Below, piece by piece: positions 33,927 through 47,721 of a stretch of 64,000 nucleotides of DNA. Under the pieces are notes generated by a model that was not told where the DNA came from, made no database searches, and saw only the letters and a program-made list of their open reading frames with translations. This DNA comes from Chrysomallon squamiferum. Taxonomy: Eukaryota > Animalia > Mollusca. The DNA lies in assembly GCA_012295275.1 (NCBI GenBank), contig CM022679.1, positions 6,944,001 to 7,008,000 on the forward strand, given 5' to 3'. The position numbers and the translations under genes were made by a program. Numbering within the stretch: the first letter of the stretch is position 1; the number at the start of each line of letters is the position of its first letter.

Positions 33927-36152
33927 TAAATAAAAATAAAATCACCGGAAAAACAAAACAAAAACAAACAAACAAACAAACAAACAAAATCCATAAAAAA
34001 CAAAAACAAAACAAAAACAATAAACAAACAAAAAGAAAAACAACATATAAATACAATAAAATCATCGTGGTTTGAGATTCAATATTAAAATTGCTGATTC
34101 TCACTTATGACTTCGCTAACTTATGGTATACGTGAATATCATTATAGACTACGAAATTCTTATAGGTAAGCGAACTTTACTAGATGAAGACTGCATATTA
34201 GCCATAAGTCCTGCACAACGCCCTTCCTCAGCATTCATTGGGTCTACTATTTTGTTATTTGTTTTGAAGCTGGAGAAATTCTAAAACGTGAACCGAAAGA
34301 ATAAAGTTTTATGATCGATTTTTTGTTGTTTTTGTTATGGTATTTTATTGTTTGTTTTGTTTTGTTTTGTTTGTTTGGTTGGGTTTTTTGGCGGAAAATA
34401 TGGCCGGCTTAAAAGTATCAGAATTAGGATGGGGAAACGGGAAATGAAAACGCCTCTTCCCTGTCAGTATTTTAAATGAAGTTATTGATTACTAAACGAC
34501 AAATAGATTTGTTTTAGCTTAAGATGCTTTTAACAGATAACAAGGCACAATTAAACCTATTATTGAAAACCGCGTGTGTGCTCATTGCAAACATTGATAA
34601 GACGCATTCAGGGGCACCAGCATTTGAAACCACAAACATTTATACATATTCATCAGATGAACAGAAAGTCGTATCGAAAACCGAGATAACGAGATGGTAG
34701 CAGTAACATAACAACGGATACTTTTCCTCGAACCATTTGATTCTTCAACTGACAGACAGACTCATAACATATCCTTAGTTAATTTTGACCCAGTTTGAAA
34801 GCGATGACCAGGTTATCAGGGTAAGAGTGTTACCAGTCTTCTAATGAAATCACAGTATAACCCAGTACGCAAGGTTCAGGAGTCCAGACACTGATATCTT
34901 CTTTGATACCGATAATGGCAACAAAAAGCGCCTTATTAAGTTTACAATTCCTCTAAACCATACCGCGAGCAACTCAATATAAGCAATTCATTTATGACCG
35001 ATGACCTCTTTTAAATTTTTGAGATTCAATAATATCTAGGGTTACCATATATTCATTAAGCAAAAACAGTACAAAAGGAATCTGCATTCACTGTGACTGG
35101 TCCCAAACCTATTTATACGTTTTTATTTATTCCTCCTTCCAAGTCAAGTTGAAAAAAGCTAAAACATACCCTCGCTCAAGAACGATCGCGCGACCCTCTG
35201 AGAGTTGCGATCCCCAGACTGAAAACCTGTGCTCTAAACAGTAACCAGAACAAATATAGGAATCAGTTCTGGTGCTAACCAATTGTAATTCATTTATCAC
35301 TTTCATGGGTTTTGGAAAGATTGAATCTCTTTAATTTTTACTGAAACCTTCTGCATATTTTGATTCCTTGAAGCATTTAAAAGATAATTTTATGTTGATG
35401 ATGACATTCTCAGTTGGTGTGAAATGTTCACCTATGCACTTTCTGATAAATCCAAGTCGGAGGGTGAAGATGAAGACGCGGCACTTGATGCTTAAGTCAA
35501 AAAGTGATGGGCATATTTAATATTCTGTAATAAATAAGAAAATAGTTCAGATGAATATATCGATGATGTATTTAGTTTTAATTAATAATGAAACTGCACA
35601 ACCGAATGAGTTACCGTCCGAGTTAAATTTACAGCACGTATTCCAGACTCTCTTTTATTATTTCAAATCAAACAAAACGAAATACAGTAGCAACTTTTCT
35701 TTAGTTGTAATCAAACTAGAGAACAAATTTAAGCAGTTCTGAAAAGTTAAATAAAAAATCTTTTAAAATATTTATTAAAAAAAGAGTATTAATAATATAA
35801 TATAATATCATGTAATAATATGTAAATAAATGCAAATTTATTTTTTGCAATATGTGAAGGTTTTTTCCCAGATTACATAACGTATGTGTTTATATGTTTG
35901 TATTAAAGAAAACCACTGGGTTTTGAATTTCAGTGGTAAATGTGTGGAAACATCGTTATTTTACATGAAATAGTTCTGAAAAAATAGTGCGTAACAGCGT
36001 TATCTGAATGTATTCGTTTGAAGGGATATCTCGACTGTCAGCTGATTTTCGTTATGGGTGACACCGTTCCGTCACCGCATATGAATTTCTTTTCTAAGCT
36101 AATACGAAATACTTTGTTTACCTCTTTCTGACACCCATTACTGCTTGTTATC

Positions 36153-36276
<124 letters not shown>

Positions 36277-36726
36277 ATGAATAATCGAAAAATCAGCAGT
36301 TTACTACGAATTGAACAAACACATTGATTTGACAGAAACAGATTTTATTTACAGTGAGATGATTTATCAAAGGCATATCAGGATTACACATCATCATATA
36401 TTAACTCTACATATCAAGCTGGCTTACATGAATATATATATATATACATTTCCTCTACATATATGTGGTAGCCATAAACCATAATTTGTTAATCTTAAAG
36501 ATGTAGTTAAAGTCCAGACAAAAAGTTGAAGCTGTTGCATGAAAAGACGTTTAAATCTACTTTGAAATGTAATTATTCGTTGTTTCTTTTTAACAGCAAC
36601 AAGAAGAAATTTCCAACAAGCATAATACTGACATTTTTAGTGACAGATAACTATTATTACAAAATTTATCTATTATTATTTCTCAAGGTGAAAAAAAATA
36701 GTTCACTGTCCTGATAATGCCAGTAC

Positions 36727-38061
36727 TCAGTTGTCGGTTTCGGTAGAAGTTTTTATTCTGTCCAAGGACATTTCCATCATTTTAAACAATGATTCCATCA
36801 CTTTGGTCGTCCGAATATGCAACATGTTATTTCTTTGTTCTAAATATATCTTTTCTCCAGTGATTTGCATCAGCACGAAATGTTTGCCATCAGATAAAAT
36901 AGCGAACACAGGTACAGCGGAAACGTCCACATCGTATTTACAAGCAAGTTGTTGCAAAATAATCAGCTTAATTAAAGTCTGAATAAAAGCCTTGTCGTTC
37001 ATTGCTCCGGAAGTTTTTACTTCCATGAAACCAATAGGCTTTCCATCGCAAGTGTGAAAGAGGAAGTCAAATTTGCATGCCGGGAAGTATCTCAGTGGAT
37101 TTTGTTCGTCTATTTTCATGCCGAAAGGTAACCGCATGCATACTTTGTGAAGTAAAAATGTTAAAAATAGTCTGACGTTCGCTTCTTTGTTCAGCACATA
37201 CTCGATCCACGGAAGTGGTGCTGATGTTGTCAACAAACGGAGTGTTTCTTTCTCAGCTGCGATCATGTCCGCTGAAGCCACCAATGCATCTAAACTGTCA
37301 GTTTCTAAGTTAAGTCTTACGACTTGTTCAAAATCAATATAACTGCTGAAGATTTTTAAATTCCATTTTCCTACATTTACTGGTGTCGGTACTGTTGGAT
37401 CTACAACAAATTTCTGTGCTGACTGCATTATTGCAGGTGGGACGTCTGCGCTAGAAGTGATTGTACTACTTGAAATTTTATCTTCGTCGATTGGTGTAGT
37501 TTTTTTCCCCGTGAAAACGCTTTTTAACTTGTTGAAAATACCTGTTTCTCTGTCGTCGCCGGTTTCGGAACTTAGATATTCTCTTGCTGAGCTGCTCATT
37601 TCTGGAATCTTCTTATGCTTTGGGGAGGAGGCGCATTCTAGTGCATTATCCACTGCAGCTCGTTTGTTCTGTTTTCTTGGTTCTTTTTTCCGTGGTTGAG
37701 AACTGGAACTGTCAGGTACGGCTGAACTTATGGGTGCAGTTTCCAAACATGCAGCGATTGCACGAGATAATACCTCTTCTGGCAAATTTTCCGATTTTAT
37801 GACTTGTTCAACCAAAATACAGTCGTCATCTAAATCATTACAACCCACTGCATTTTGTTCATCATCTCCTGTATTTCCAGATATTGTTTGCTCATTTTTT
37901 TTAGCTTTGTTGTAATGTTCGGCGAAGTTTTTAGAAATAGATGGCGGTCCAACGATATTATCTCTGTCCATTTTCTCTGGTCTTTGTCTTCGAAACTGTT
38001 TTAGTGTCGTCAGAGGCGAAAGGAATATTTTCCAACGTTCTTCATTTATTGCTTGACTCAT
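36727..38061 (-). CDS. Uncharacterised PD-(D/E)XK endonuclease-like protein, copy A (444 aa)
   Basis: Intact 1335-bp ORF; EANVR...CKFDFLF..DGKPIGFMEVK...AFIQ...VFAILSDGKHFVL; splice acceptor ttttcag 22 nt upstream of the ATG; paralogous to 47722-48909. Confidence 0.8.
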   Translation of the reverse strand: MSQAINEERWKIFLSPLTTLKQFRRQRPEKMDRDNIVGPPSISKNFAEHYNKAKKNEQTISGNTGDDEQNAVGCNDLDDDCILVEQVIKSENLPEEVLSRAIAACLETAPISSAVPDSSSSQPRKKEPRKQNKRAAVDNALECASSPKHKKIPEMSSSAREYLSSETGDDRETGIFNKLKSVFTGKKTTPIDEDKISSSTITSSADVPPAIMQSAQKFVVDPTVPTPVNVGKWNLKIFSSYIDFEQVVRLNLETDSLDALVASADMIAAEKETLRLLTTSAPLPWIEYVLNKEANVRLFLTFLLHKVCMRLPFGMKIDEQNPLRYFPACKFDFLFHTCDGKPIGFMEVKTSGAMNDKAFIQTLIKLIILQQLACKYDVDVSAVPVFAILSDGKHFVLMQITGEKIYLEQRNNMLHIRTTKVMESLFKMMEMSLDRIKTSTETDN

Positions 38062-38203
38062 CGCTAAATCAGTTTCCGGATATCTGAAAACACGGAAATA
38101 TTGTTGTTAGAACTTCTAGAATTATCTTAAAACTAAAAATGTATACGTACTATGATTGAAAGCACTTTGAGCTTTAGAGAATATTTGTCACATTCACATT
38201 TAG

Positions 38204-38234
<31 letters not shown>

Positions 38235-38566
38235 ATTTGTATTATATCATGTTTCTTTAACTAGTTCATATACAAACACACACATATTTCATTCTTTAAA
38301 ATTTAAAGTGTACCTTTAATAATAATAATAATAATAATAAGTCTAAATACCTTCTTGCAATCTTAATAACGGGGGAAAAAGAAAGATAATTACAACAGAA
38401 GAATAAATAAGTTACTAAATATCTAAATATATGTAACATTAAAAATAATAATACAAAAAATGTTTCTGTAATTTATAATAATCTCATTTTCTCAATTTAT
38501 GTCTAAAAGATATGTAGAAGTTTATGAATTTTCATTTATTTATTTATTTACTGCTTTATTTATCTA

Positions 38567-38863
38567 CAGGTCGACCATCACTAATCCGGCATCTTCGGGA
38601 CTAAAACGATACTGGATTAGCGGTAACAAAGCGGTTAGACTCGAATACATTTAACTCAGAAACTCACAACCTTATCCTGTCGTTGAAATACCACTAAATA
38701 ATTTGAATGGTTTGCCTGTGTTTGCAGGTGACGCTGGCAGTGTTTATGCAGCACGATACACCTTTAAAGTTTAGCACAAATCAGCCAAATGTTAGCCGAA
38801 ATATGTGCCGGACTACTGATGAAACGGATTTAAGTGACTGCAGGATCAGTGATGGACAACCTG
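38567..38863. mobile_element. MITE with ~23-bp imperfect TIRs (TA-flanked, Tc1/mariner-pogo-like)
   Basis: Left ta|caggtcgaccatcactaatccgg; right caggatcagtgatggacaacctg; the right part is repeated at 44490-44597. Confidence 0.6.
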
Positions 38864-40505
38864 TTTATTTTTATTTAATTTAATTTTATTATTTATTTAT
38901 TATTTTATTTTATTTTATTTCGTATTATTATTATTATTATTATTTATTTATTTATTTTATTATTATTATTATTATTTATTTTTTATTTATTATTTTATTT
39001 TTTTATTTTTATTTTTTTTTTATTTTATTTTATTTTTTTTTTATTATTATTATTTTTTTTTTTTGACCGCTCAATAAAAAATAAGTATGCAGGTATCAGG
39101 CCATTATGTATATGGAAATGTCACAGCTTGCTAAATAGGTCATTAGTACCCCAGAACTTGTTTCAGAGGAAGGACTCAACAACGCATTATCAGTTGTTTG
39201 AAAATGAAACCAGGACTAAAACATTCGTAATTTTTCAATTCTGTCGAAGCACACTATATCCACAACAAAAATGTTATAAAATTCCTAGTTGAAATATTCA
39301 GTTACACAAGTCCTATACTTGTCAACCTAGACTCCTTGACCCTCGGCGCTTTTACCCTCACGTAACCATACCTTATGATAAAAATAAACGCGATAAAAAC
39401 TGAATAGGCACACATGCATCTATATACCCCGCACAAACACAAGCCTAAATACTTTGCCAAACACACGCGAAAACACTCACACACATACATACACACTCGT
39501 TACACCTAGAAAAAACAAAATGGATGTTCCAAATAAATATAATAAAAGTTACCTTACTAAACTTGAAGTGATTTGTTTACTGTATCCTGACGAACGTATT
39601 ATTTATTACAGGTTTCAGAAGGAAATAGAATGGAAAATATGTTTACTACAAGAGTTATCTTTCTTTACAAGTGATATTATTAAACACAGTTATCACTGAG
39701 ATTTACTTAACTCGAATTGTTCAAAGTACCTGTTCTTAGAAACTTCTTGTTTCGTTTTTGACTGAATAAATAAATATCATTTTACGTTTTATATTCTTGA
39801 TGTCGATGAAAATCATGCTGTTTAATAATGATTTAGATATAGTACTGCCTGTTTTTAGAAAACGAACTCTTATTTTGCTTTGCATGATGGTTTTTGGTTT
39901 TGCTTTTTGTTGTTTTTTGTTTGTTTTATTTTTGCTGTGCAAATTTACATGCATTATATTAGAAGGTGTATACGCACTCATTATTTTTATTATTTACAAA
40001 AATAACAAAAAAAAACCCCAAAACTTATTTATTTATTTACTTATAGTCACATATCAACAACCAATTTTTGCTAAAAATAAAATGAAATTTTCATTTTCAT
40101 CATAGACAGATACAAAATACTTTTCTCTTTTCTTTCTTTCTATTTTCTGTGTGGGTTTGTGTGTGCAAATTTACAAGCATGCATTACATTAGCAAATGCA
40201 CACATACTCATAAGATTATCTGTTTATATTCAAACTATTTTTTTTTTCTGTATCTTACCACGTACAATCGTTGCTAATAATAAAATTACATTTTTATTTT
40301 CATCACAGAGAAAAATATGTCTTACTTTTTCTTTTCTTTCTTTTTTGTTTTTTTTTTTTTTTTGGTGTGTATGTGCGTGCAAATCTAGACGCATGCATTT
40401 TGTTAGCAGATGCGCACACTCATTAGATTTATCTTCGTATTTTAAATTTAAGCTAATATTTATTTATTATTACTGTTGCTGCTTATTTATTATATATAGT
40501 TGCTG

Positions 40506-40551
<46 letters not shown>

Positions 40552-40678
40552 ATATATTACAAAAGTAAAATAAAAAAAAAATTTAAAAACGAAACATATT
40601 TATTTATTTATTTGATTTATATTGCACTGGTATATTTATATTAACTTATTATTATTTTTATTATTATTGTTTTTGTTG

Positions 40679-40728
<50 letters not shown>

Positions 40729-42050
40729 TCGAATATACAATATCCAGAACAAAAATGTATTAAAATTCCTACTTGAAATATACTTTTACATATACGTCAT
40801 GTACTTGTCAGTGTAGACTCCTTACCCCCTCTGAGCATTTAGCCTCAAATATCGACACACACACAGCCGTAAATACATTGAGGCAAATGAGTCAAATGTC
40901 TCACACAGAAAAAGACGATACATCATGGCCGTAACTTGACTCTTTTTGATATATATATATATAGGTTTCTATCTGTCTGTCTGTCCCACACACACACACA
41001 CACACACATACAAAAATAGGTAGATAAGGACCTACATACCCGCACATAAACACAAACTAAGTACGTTCACACCCAAACCTATGTCATTTTCATTTTTATG
41101 TTCTTGATGTCTACAAAATCATGCTAATTAATAACGATTTGGATATTTTATTCCAAGCTTCTTGGAAACGAAATTAAATTTCATAATATTAATAGATGAA
41201 CAGATATTAATTAGATTTGCTTCTTTTTTTTCTTCTTTTTTTTAACATTTATTTCTTTATTTATCATACGCATCAAGCATTTCTTGTTGTTGTTGTTGCT
41301 ATTGTTATTATTATTATTATTATTTAAATTACTTCTTTAATATATAACTATCAGTCCAGTATATAAGCGAAGCTGTTTTGATATGATTATATTTTTATAA
41401 TGCTATAAAAATAAACAAATAATAAAATTAAATAAAGTTAGCTTTATTTTATCGTTTTAAAATGCATTAATCAAGATAAGTACATATGTAAACTAATATA
41501 AAGATAACAAATGCGTAGTTTATATGTTTTTGTCAAGTGGACCAAAACAGGAATGTTATGTAAACAGCACATTCAAACGACGATAATACAGTGCAAGTAT
41601 ATTTTGTTTAAAGATCCGAATTATCAAAGTTATAAACTTTAAGTACACTTTAGCCGACAGAATCACACTAGAAATGTACGCGTATATTTAAATGTATCGT
41701 TATAAATCTTTATAATTTAACATTTAGCATGCAAAGCGCGCGCACACACACACACACACACAGAGGACACACCACACGTTACAAATCAACTCACTGAAAA
41801 CTAAAAGTATCCACAAACAGTGTAATCATATACACTTTCACTATGCCAAAAACTGTTTATTACAAGAACATTAATTCATTAATATATAAATTTATTATGC
41901 ATCTGAAAAATTCTACAATCTTCAGTATATTTTCAGTATAAACTTAGCACAATTTATTAAGTATAAAATTTAATCAAATAATTACAGTGCAGCTTACATC
42001 CAGCGAATAATTAGTAATGCAGTAAGTATATTAATAAAAAATTAAGGTAA

Positions 42051-42054
<4 letters not shown>

Positions 42055-42123
<69 letters not shown>
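42055..42123. repeat. (GA)n microsatellite, paralogous to 47117-47208
   Basis: Direct read; same flanks. Confidence 0.95.
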
Positions 42124-42125
<2 letters not shown>

Positions 42126-42376
42126 ATTCACACAATACAACAATTGCAAATACTCAAAACAATTTTCATTTATGAAGAGGACATTTCAAAAGAAAAAATG
42201 CATAGTAACTCATTAGCTACTTTTACAGATATTAAATAAGTCTTCAGATTCGTGTGAATACAAGCGTATGTTGCATTTTAAAATCTCAGTTCCTTTATGT
42301 TACTAGATATTCTATTAAATGTCCAGCCCTCTGTAAAAATTAAGCTACTTCAGTTATATGGCATTTTGAATTCTTT

Positions 42377-43649
42377 TTATTGCATGGAATTTAAAGTCAC
42401 CTCAATCAACTTGTACATGGATTCCATGACTGAATCAGTACGTATTTTCAATTTCTTTTCTTCGTATTTCTCTTCTTCGTTCTTCTCTTCCAGCCATAGT
42501 TTCTCTCCTTTTACTCGAAGCAAAACAAACCTCTGACCGTCTGTCAAAATGTTGAATAACGGTACAGTTGTAATGTCGACATTATGTTTGCAAGCAAGTT
42601 GCTGTAAAACAAGAAGTTGGAGGACTGCTTGAACAAATGCTTTACTGTTCATAGTGGAAGATGTTTTCGCTTCCAAGCATCCGATCGGTTTTCCGTCATA
42701 GTTACGGAACAGAAAATCAAACTGGCAAGTGGGAAGATATTTGAAATTAATATTCTCTTCTGTTCGGAAACCAAATTTTAGCCCTGCACATAATTTCTGA
42801 AGCATGGAGGTTAACAACATTCTGATATCAGCTTCTTTCTTCAGGACATCATCAAGAGAAGGAGGAGATTTCGACGTCTGAAACATTTGTAGGTGTTCTT
42901 TGATAAAATTGTTCTGTAAATCGGACAGATTGACATCGTCTGTCGCAATATTCTCTAAGTACACGTCTTTCTCGAAATCAATGTATTTACTGAACATTTT
43001 AAATCCCATTGGCTGGAACTCATGGATAGATGACCTTTTTTAACAATGGGTGGCCGTTGGATTTTTTGCTTCGGTTGTACTGCCTTTAATATAGCTGTGC
43101 TATGAAGCAGCTGTTCTTGAGACAAAGTTGGAACATCTCCTAAACGTTTATAGTCTGTTTTTATTGTAGGCCTACTTTCGACTGTTGTTTGCTCTTCTTC
43201 TAAACGTTTCCCACTCGATGGGATGTCTTCACAAACTTGTTCCGATGCTGAGCTTTTAACTGGTTTCCTTGCAGCAGATTCAGATTCGGTTTTCAGATCA
43301 CTTTTTAGTCTGTTTTATGGTAGGCCAACGACTGTTGTTTTGTCTGAAAAAACTGACTCATTTTTCAGGCTTCCAATGATCACTTTTTCTCAGACGTTGT
43401 TTTGTCAAAACTGGACTCATCTTTCAGGCTTCCAATGTCTACGGCGAATTCTGAGTTAATTTGAAGGGCCAATTTTTTGGAAATGGAAGCAGGGCCAACG
43501 AGCGAGTCTAGATTCTCGTATCTTTGTCTCTTAGACCGCTTGGAGGTTAAATCAGATAAGAAGTGTTCCCATCGCCGTTCGTTTTGTTTCTGCTTGTCGT
43601 ATAAAAGATGTTCGTCCGTTTTATTTCTGTGTTTCGTGATGACATCCAT
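42377..43649 (-). pseudogene. PD-(D/E)XK endonuclease-like copy B, disrupted
   Basis: ORF pieces 43380-43649 and 42377-43009 are near-identical to copy C; extra A giving TGA at ~43380, ~80-bp degenerate internal repeat insert (43298-43380), and a 1-nt shorter T-run at ~43000. Confidence 0.75.
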
Positions 43650-44079
43650 TTCTGAAAATGGAGCAGGCGGTGTTCATTAATTAGCCCGTTAATAAAGTTA
43701 ATAAATGAAACATTTCATAATTTAGGTAACCCAAATCTTGAAAATAGTACGTTATTAACATAGATATAATATAAAGATAAAATGTATAATAAATAAATCA
43801 ATAAATAAATTGGTGATAAAGTGAGGATAAGGCTGTTTTGGTAATGATTGAATACTTGTATGTAAGAATGTTTTAGTCCGTTAATAAAGTTAATAAAAGA
43901 AACACTTCAAACCTGAATCCAATACGTTATTAACATAGATATAATATAGAGATAAAATGTATAATAAATAAATCAATAAATTGGTAATAAAGTGAGGATA
44001 AGGCTGTTTTGAAAATACTTGTATCTAAGATTTTTATAATTAAAAATACAAACAATACATACATAGATATTTATTATTA

Positions 44080-44110
<31 letters not shown>

Positions 44111-44302
44111 TTTACTATTTTTACGCTATCTTAAATTACTTTTTAATGCAGAGGTTTATTTGAAACAACAGGTAAGATAACAAAAGAAACAAAATACAAA
44201 AAAATAAAAGCTTTAAATAACTAACTACATTAAATACTGCTGTCGGGATTTAATAACTTTTTAAAATTATTATTATTATGATTATTATTATTATTTTTAT
44301 TA

Positions 44303-44349
<47 letters not shown>

Positions 44350-44640
44350 TAATAAGTTCAAGTTTATCTTTCACGGACAGAATGCGATTGCGCCCCTTAC
44401 ACAACAAAAAAACATTTCCTTTATTCATTGATACCATGGTTAGGCTTAAAAGTTAGTAGGTTATAATAATAAATGGAGAAAACCCAAACTGCCTATTTTT
44501 ACAAGTGACACTAGCAGTATTTATGCTAGTCAAAATTTGTGCCGGATTACTGATGAAACCGATTTCAGTGATTACAGGATGAGTAATGGTCGACCTCTTT
44601 ATATTTATTTTTATTTTATTTCATTTATTTATTTTTTTTA

Positions 44641-44698
<58 letters not shown>

Positions 44699-44702
44699 TT
44701 AT

Positions 44703-44751
<49 letters not shown>

Positions 44752-45416
44752 TAATACCACAGCCCATTTTGGATAAGGAAAATAATTTATACGAGCAATA
44801 TTAAACTTGTTAAATAGGTCAGAGCTTGTTACACAGGAAGAATGTTTGAAAATGAAACCAGGACTAATGCATTCGTAATTTTTCAACTCTGTCGAAGCAC
44901 ACCATACCCACAAAATATTCAGTTACATGTAAGTCCTATACATGTCAACGTGCTCCTTTCCCCTCAGCGCTTTTATACTCAAATAACACTACCTATATAT
45001 AAAAATAAACGCGATAAAACAAGAATAAATATACACCCACCTATATACCCCTTACAAACACAAGCCCAAGTATTTAGGCACAGACACAGGCGCGCGCCTT
45101 ACATTTAGAGAAAACAAAATGGACGCTCAATAATATTATAATAATAGTTACCTGACTAAAGTTGAAGTGACGAAAGTATTATTTATTAAAGGTTTCAGAC
45201 GGAAGCAGGTTGGAAAATATGTTCTCTACATGAGTTATTTATCATTATGGGTTATATTAATAAACACAGTTATCACTAACCCGTTCTTCATAGAATCTTC
45301 TTGTTTCGTTTTTATAAGAATAAATAAATAATATTATTTTCTGTTTTATCTTTTTTGTAGATCATGCTAAATAATAATGATACACATATCGTAATGCGTG
45401 TTTCAATAAATTGAAC

Positions 45417-45450
<34 letters not shown>

Positions 45451-47110
45451 GGTATGTCGTCACATATAAACAGAAACAATTGTTGCTATCAATAAAATTA
45501 CATTCTCATTTTCATCATACAGAAAAATATAACAGATTTCTTTTTTCTTTTCTTTTAAACAAAAATGTTACAAAATTTCTTGTTGGACTATTTAGTTACA
45601 TATAGGTACTGTAGCCTCGGAGCATTTAGCCTCAAATAACCAAACCTGTATATATACAAATAGGTAGATACACACTTGTATATACCCGTACAGAAACACA
45701 ATTTAAGTACACACATATATACACACACATAAACACAGACTCAATGTACATCTAGAAAATAAAATGTAAGATATACTAAGTAGATTAAAAATTACCTGAC
45801 TAAAATGGAAGCGATCTAATTTATACACGGAAGAATGGATTTTCTTTATCAGTTTCAGAGACGAAGCAGGTTTGAAAATATGTTTACTGCTGGAGTTATG
45901 TATCCTTGTATGTTATATTATTAGCTGCGAATATCATAAGCATTTAGATAACTCGAATTGTTCAAACTACGTCTATTTCTTGGAAACATCTTGTTTCGTT
46001 TTTAAATAAATAAATAAATGAAAGAGTCAGTAATTCGTAGAAATTGATGTCATTTTCAATTTCAGTTTATTGATTTCTGTTAAATTATGCTAATTAAAAA
46101 TGATTTGGATATCTTACATCATGTTTCTAGGAAACGAAATTAAGTTTCGTTTTGTTTGCTTGGGAATTTCTTTCTTGTTTTTGTGCTTATGTACACGTTT
46201 GTAAATATGCATTCATAATATTAGCAGTTGAACACATACTAATTAGACTTTTTTTTTATTTATTTATTTATTTATTTTTTTTTATTTATTTATTTATTTA
46301 AGCTTTACCTGAACTTTGTTTATTTCTTTATTTATTTATTGGAATTTATTGCCCTAATATATTCAGATATATATTTTTTTATTTATGTACCGGGGCGGTT
46401 CATTTTTATTTATTTCTTTCTTCCTTTTACTTTATTATTTTGTTGTTGTTGTTGTTGTTATTATTATTATTATTTAAATCACTCCTTTAAAGCACGAAAC
46501 ATGTATAACTATCACTTCAGTATAAGCGATTCATTTGTCTGTTATTTTTCTGTTTAGATATGATTATGTTTTTTCAGTGCTATAAAAGTAAAGAAACAAG
46601 TAAAATTAAATCAAATTAGTTTACGGATTGTTACTTTTTTATTATAGTTTTAAAACGCATTAATCAAGATAAGTAAATATGTAAATTAATATACACAACA
46701 AATGCATAGTTTATATGCTTTTGACAATGTAAACAGCATATTCAAACGGCGATAATACAATATGTTTGAAAATAAATGGTATGATCTGTATTACGAAAGT
46801 TGTAAACTGCCCATAGATTCACACTTTATATTTACGAATGTGTTTAAGTGTATGGTTACGAATGTTTATAATTTAATACTTCCATGCACGCACACATACA
46901 TGCAGGACATATTACACATTACAAATGAACTCACTGAAAACAAAAAGCAATCTACAACCGAACAGTTTAATCAATTATATTTTATAGTTTTTTAATTAAT
47001 TAATTAACACATAAATGTATTAACACATTTTCTTAAGTATACTATTAAATAAAATAATTTTATTGCAATTTACATCCAGTGAATAATTATATTAAAAAAA
47101 ATTAAGGTAA

Positions 47111-47212
<102 letters not shown>

Positions 47213-47721
47213 GCACATAATACAACAATTGCAATTATTCAAAACAATTTTCATTTATGAAGAGGACATTTCAAAAGAAAAACTGCATATAAATCATTCG
47301 CTATAAATATAACACATTTTCTTTAGTATACAATTTAATAAAATAATTTTATTGCAGCTTACACCCAGTGAATAATTAGTAATGCAGTAAGTATATTAAT
47401 AAAAAATTAAGGTAAATATATAAGATATACAGAGAGAGAATAATAGTACACATAATGCAATAAATGCAATTACTCAAACAATTTTCATCTATGAAGAGAA
47501 TGTTTCAAAAGAAAAAATGCATAGTGATTCTTTCATTACTTTTATAGCTATTAAATAATTCTTCAGATTAATGCAAATACAAGCAGTGTAAATACTATAA
47601 AAAAGTCGGCATTTTTGTTTTAAAAGCTCAACTGTGTTAGGTTACCAGAATTCTTGTTAAGTGTTCAACCCCCTGTGGACATTAAATTTGTTTAATTATA
47701 TTGAATTTAAAGTCTGATAAA

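Larger units (their letters stand above)
38700..44400. repeat. Tandem segmental duplication unit 1 (spacer + nuclease copy B)
   Basis: Collinear anchors shared with 44490-49650: gtgccgga.tactgatgaaac (38805/44539), gtttgaaaatgaaaccaggactaa (39197/44844), tataagcga (41362/46521), aattaaggtaaatata(GA)n (42040/47100), and the gene body. Confidence 0.85.

Noticed and set aside
35095-35232. Possible hAT-type MITE remnant (tggtcccaaacct ... gcgatccccagactgaaaacctgtg)
   Set aside because: Ends too degenerate and no TSD identified
34560-35520. Possible decayed coding sequence or fourth nuclease copy (e.g. + strand DDILSWCEMFTYALSDKSKSEGEDEDAALDA*)
   Set aside because: No recognisable family motif, many stops in the frames tried, and no visible similarity to copies A-C; tBLASTx would be needed
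36731-37915. Short + strand ORFs overlapping the nuclease genes (also 42297, 43223, 43477, 48146, 48737)
   Set aside because: Antisense shadows of the real minus-strand ORFs
38805-38863. CTGATGA motif (also 44550) as a hammerhead ribozyme core
   Set aside because: No stem II followed by GAAA and no stem III/NUH could be built; the sequence is explained as the MITE subterminal region
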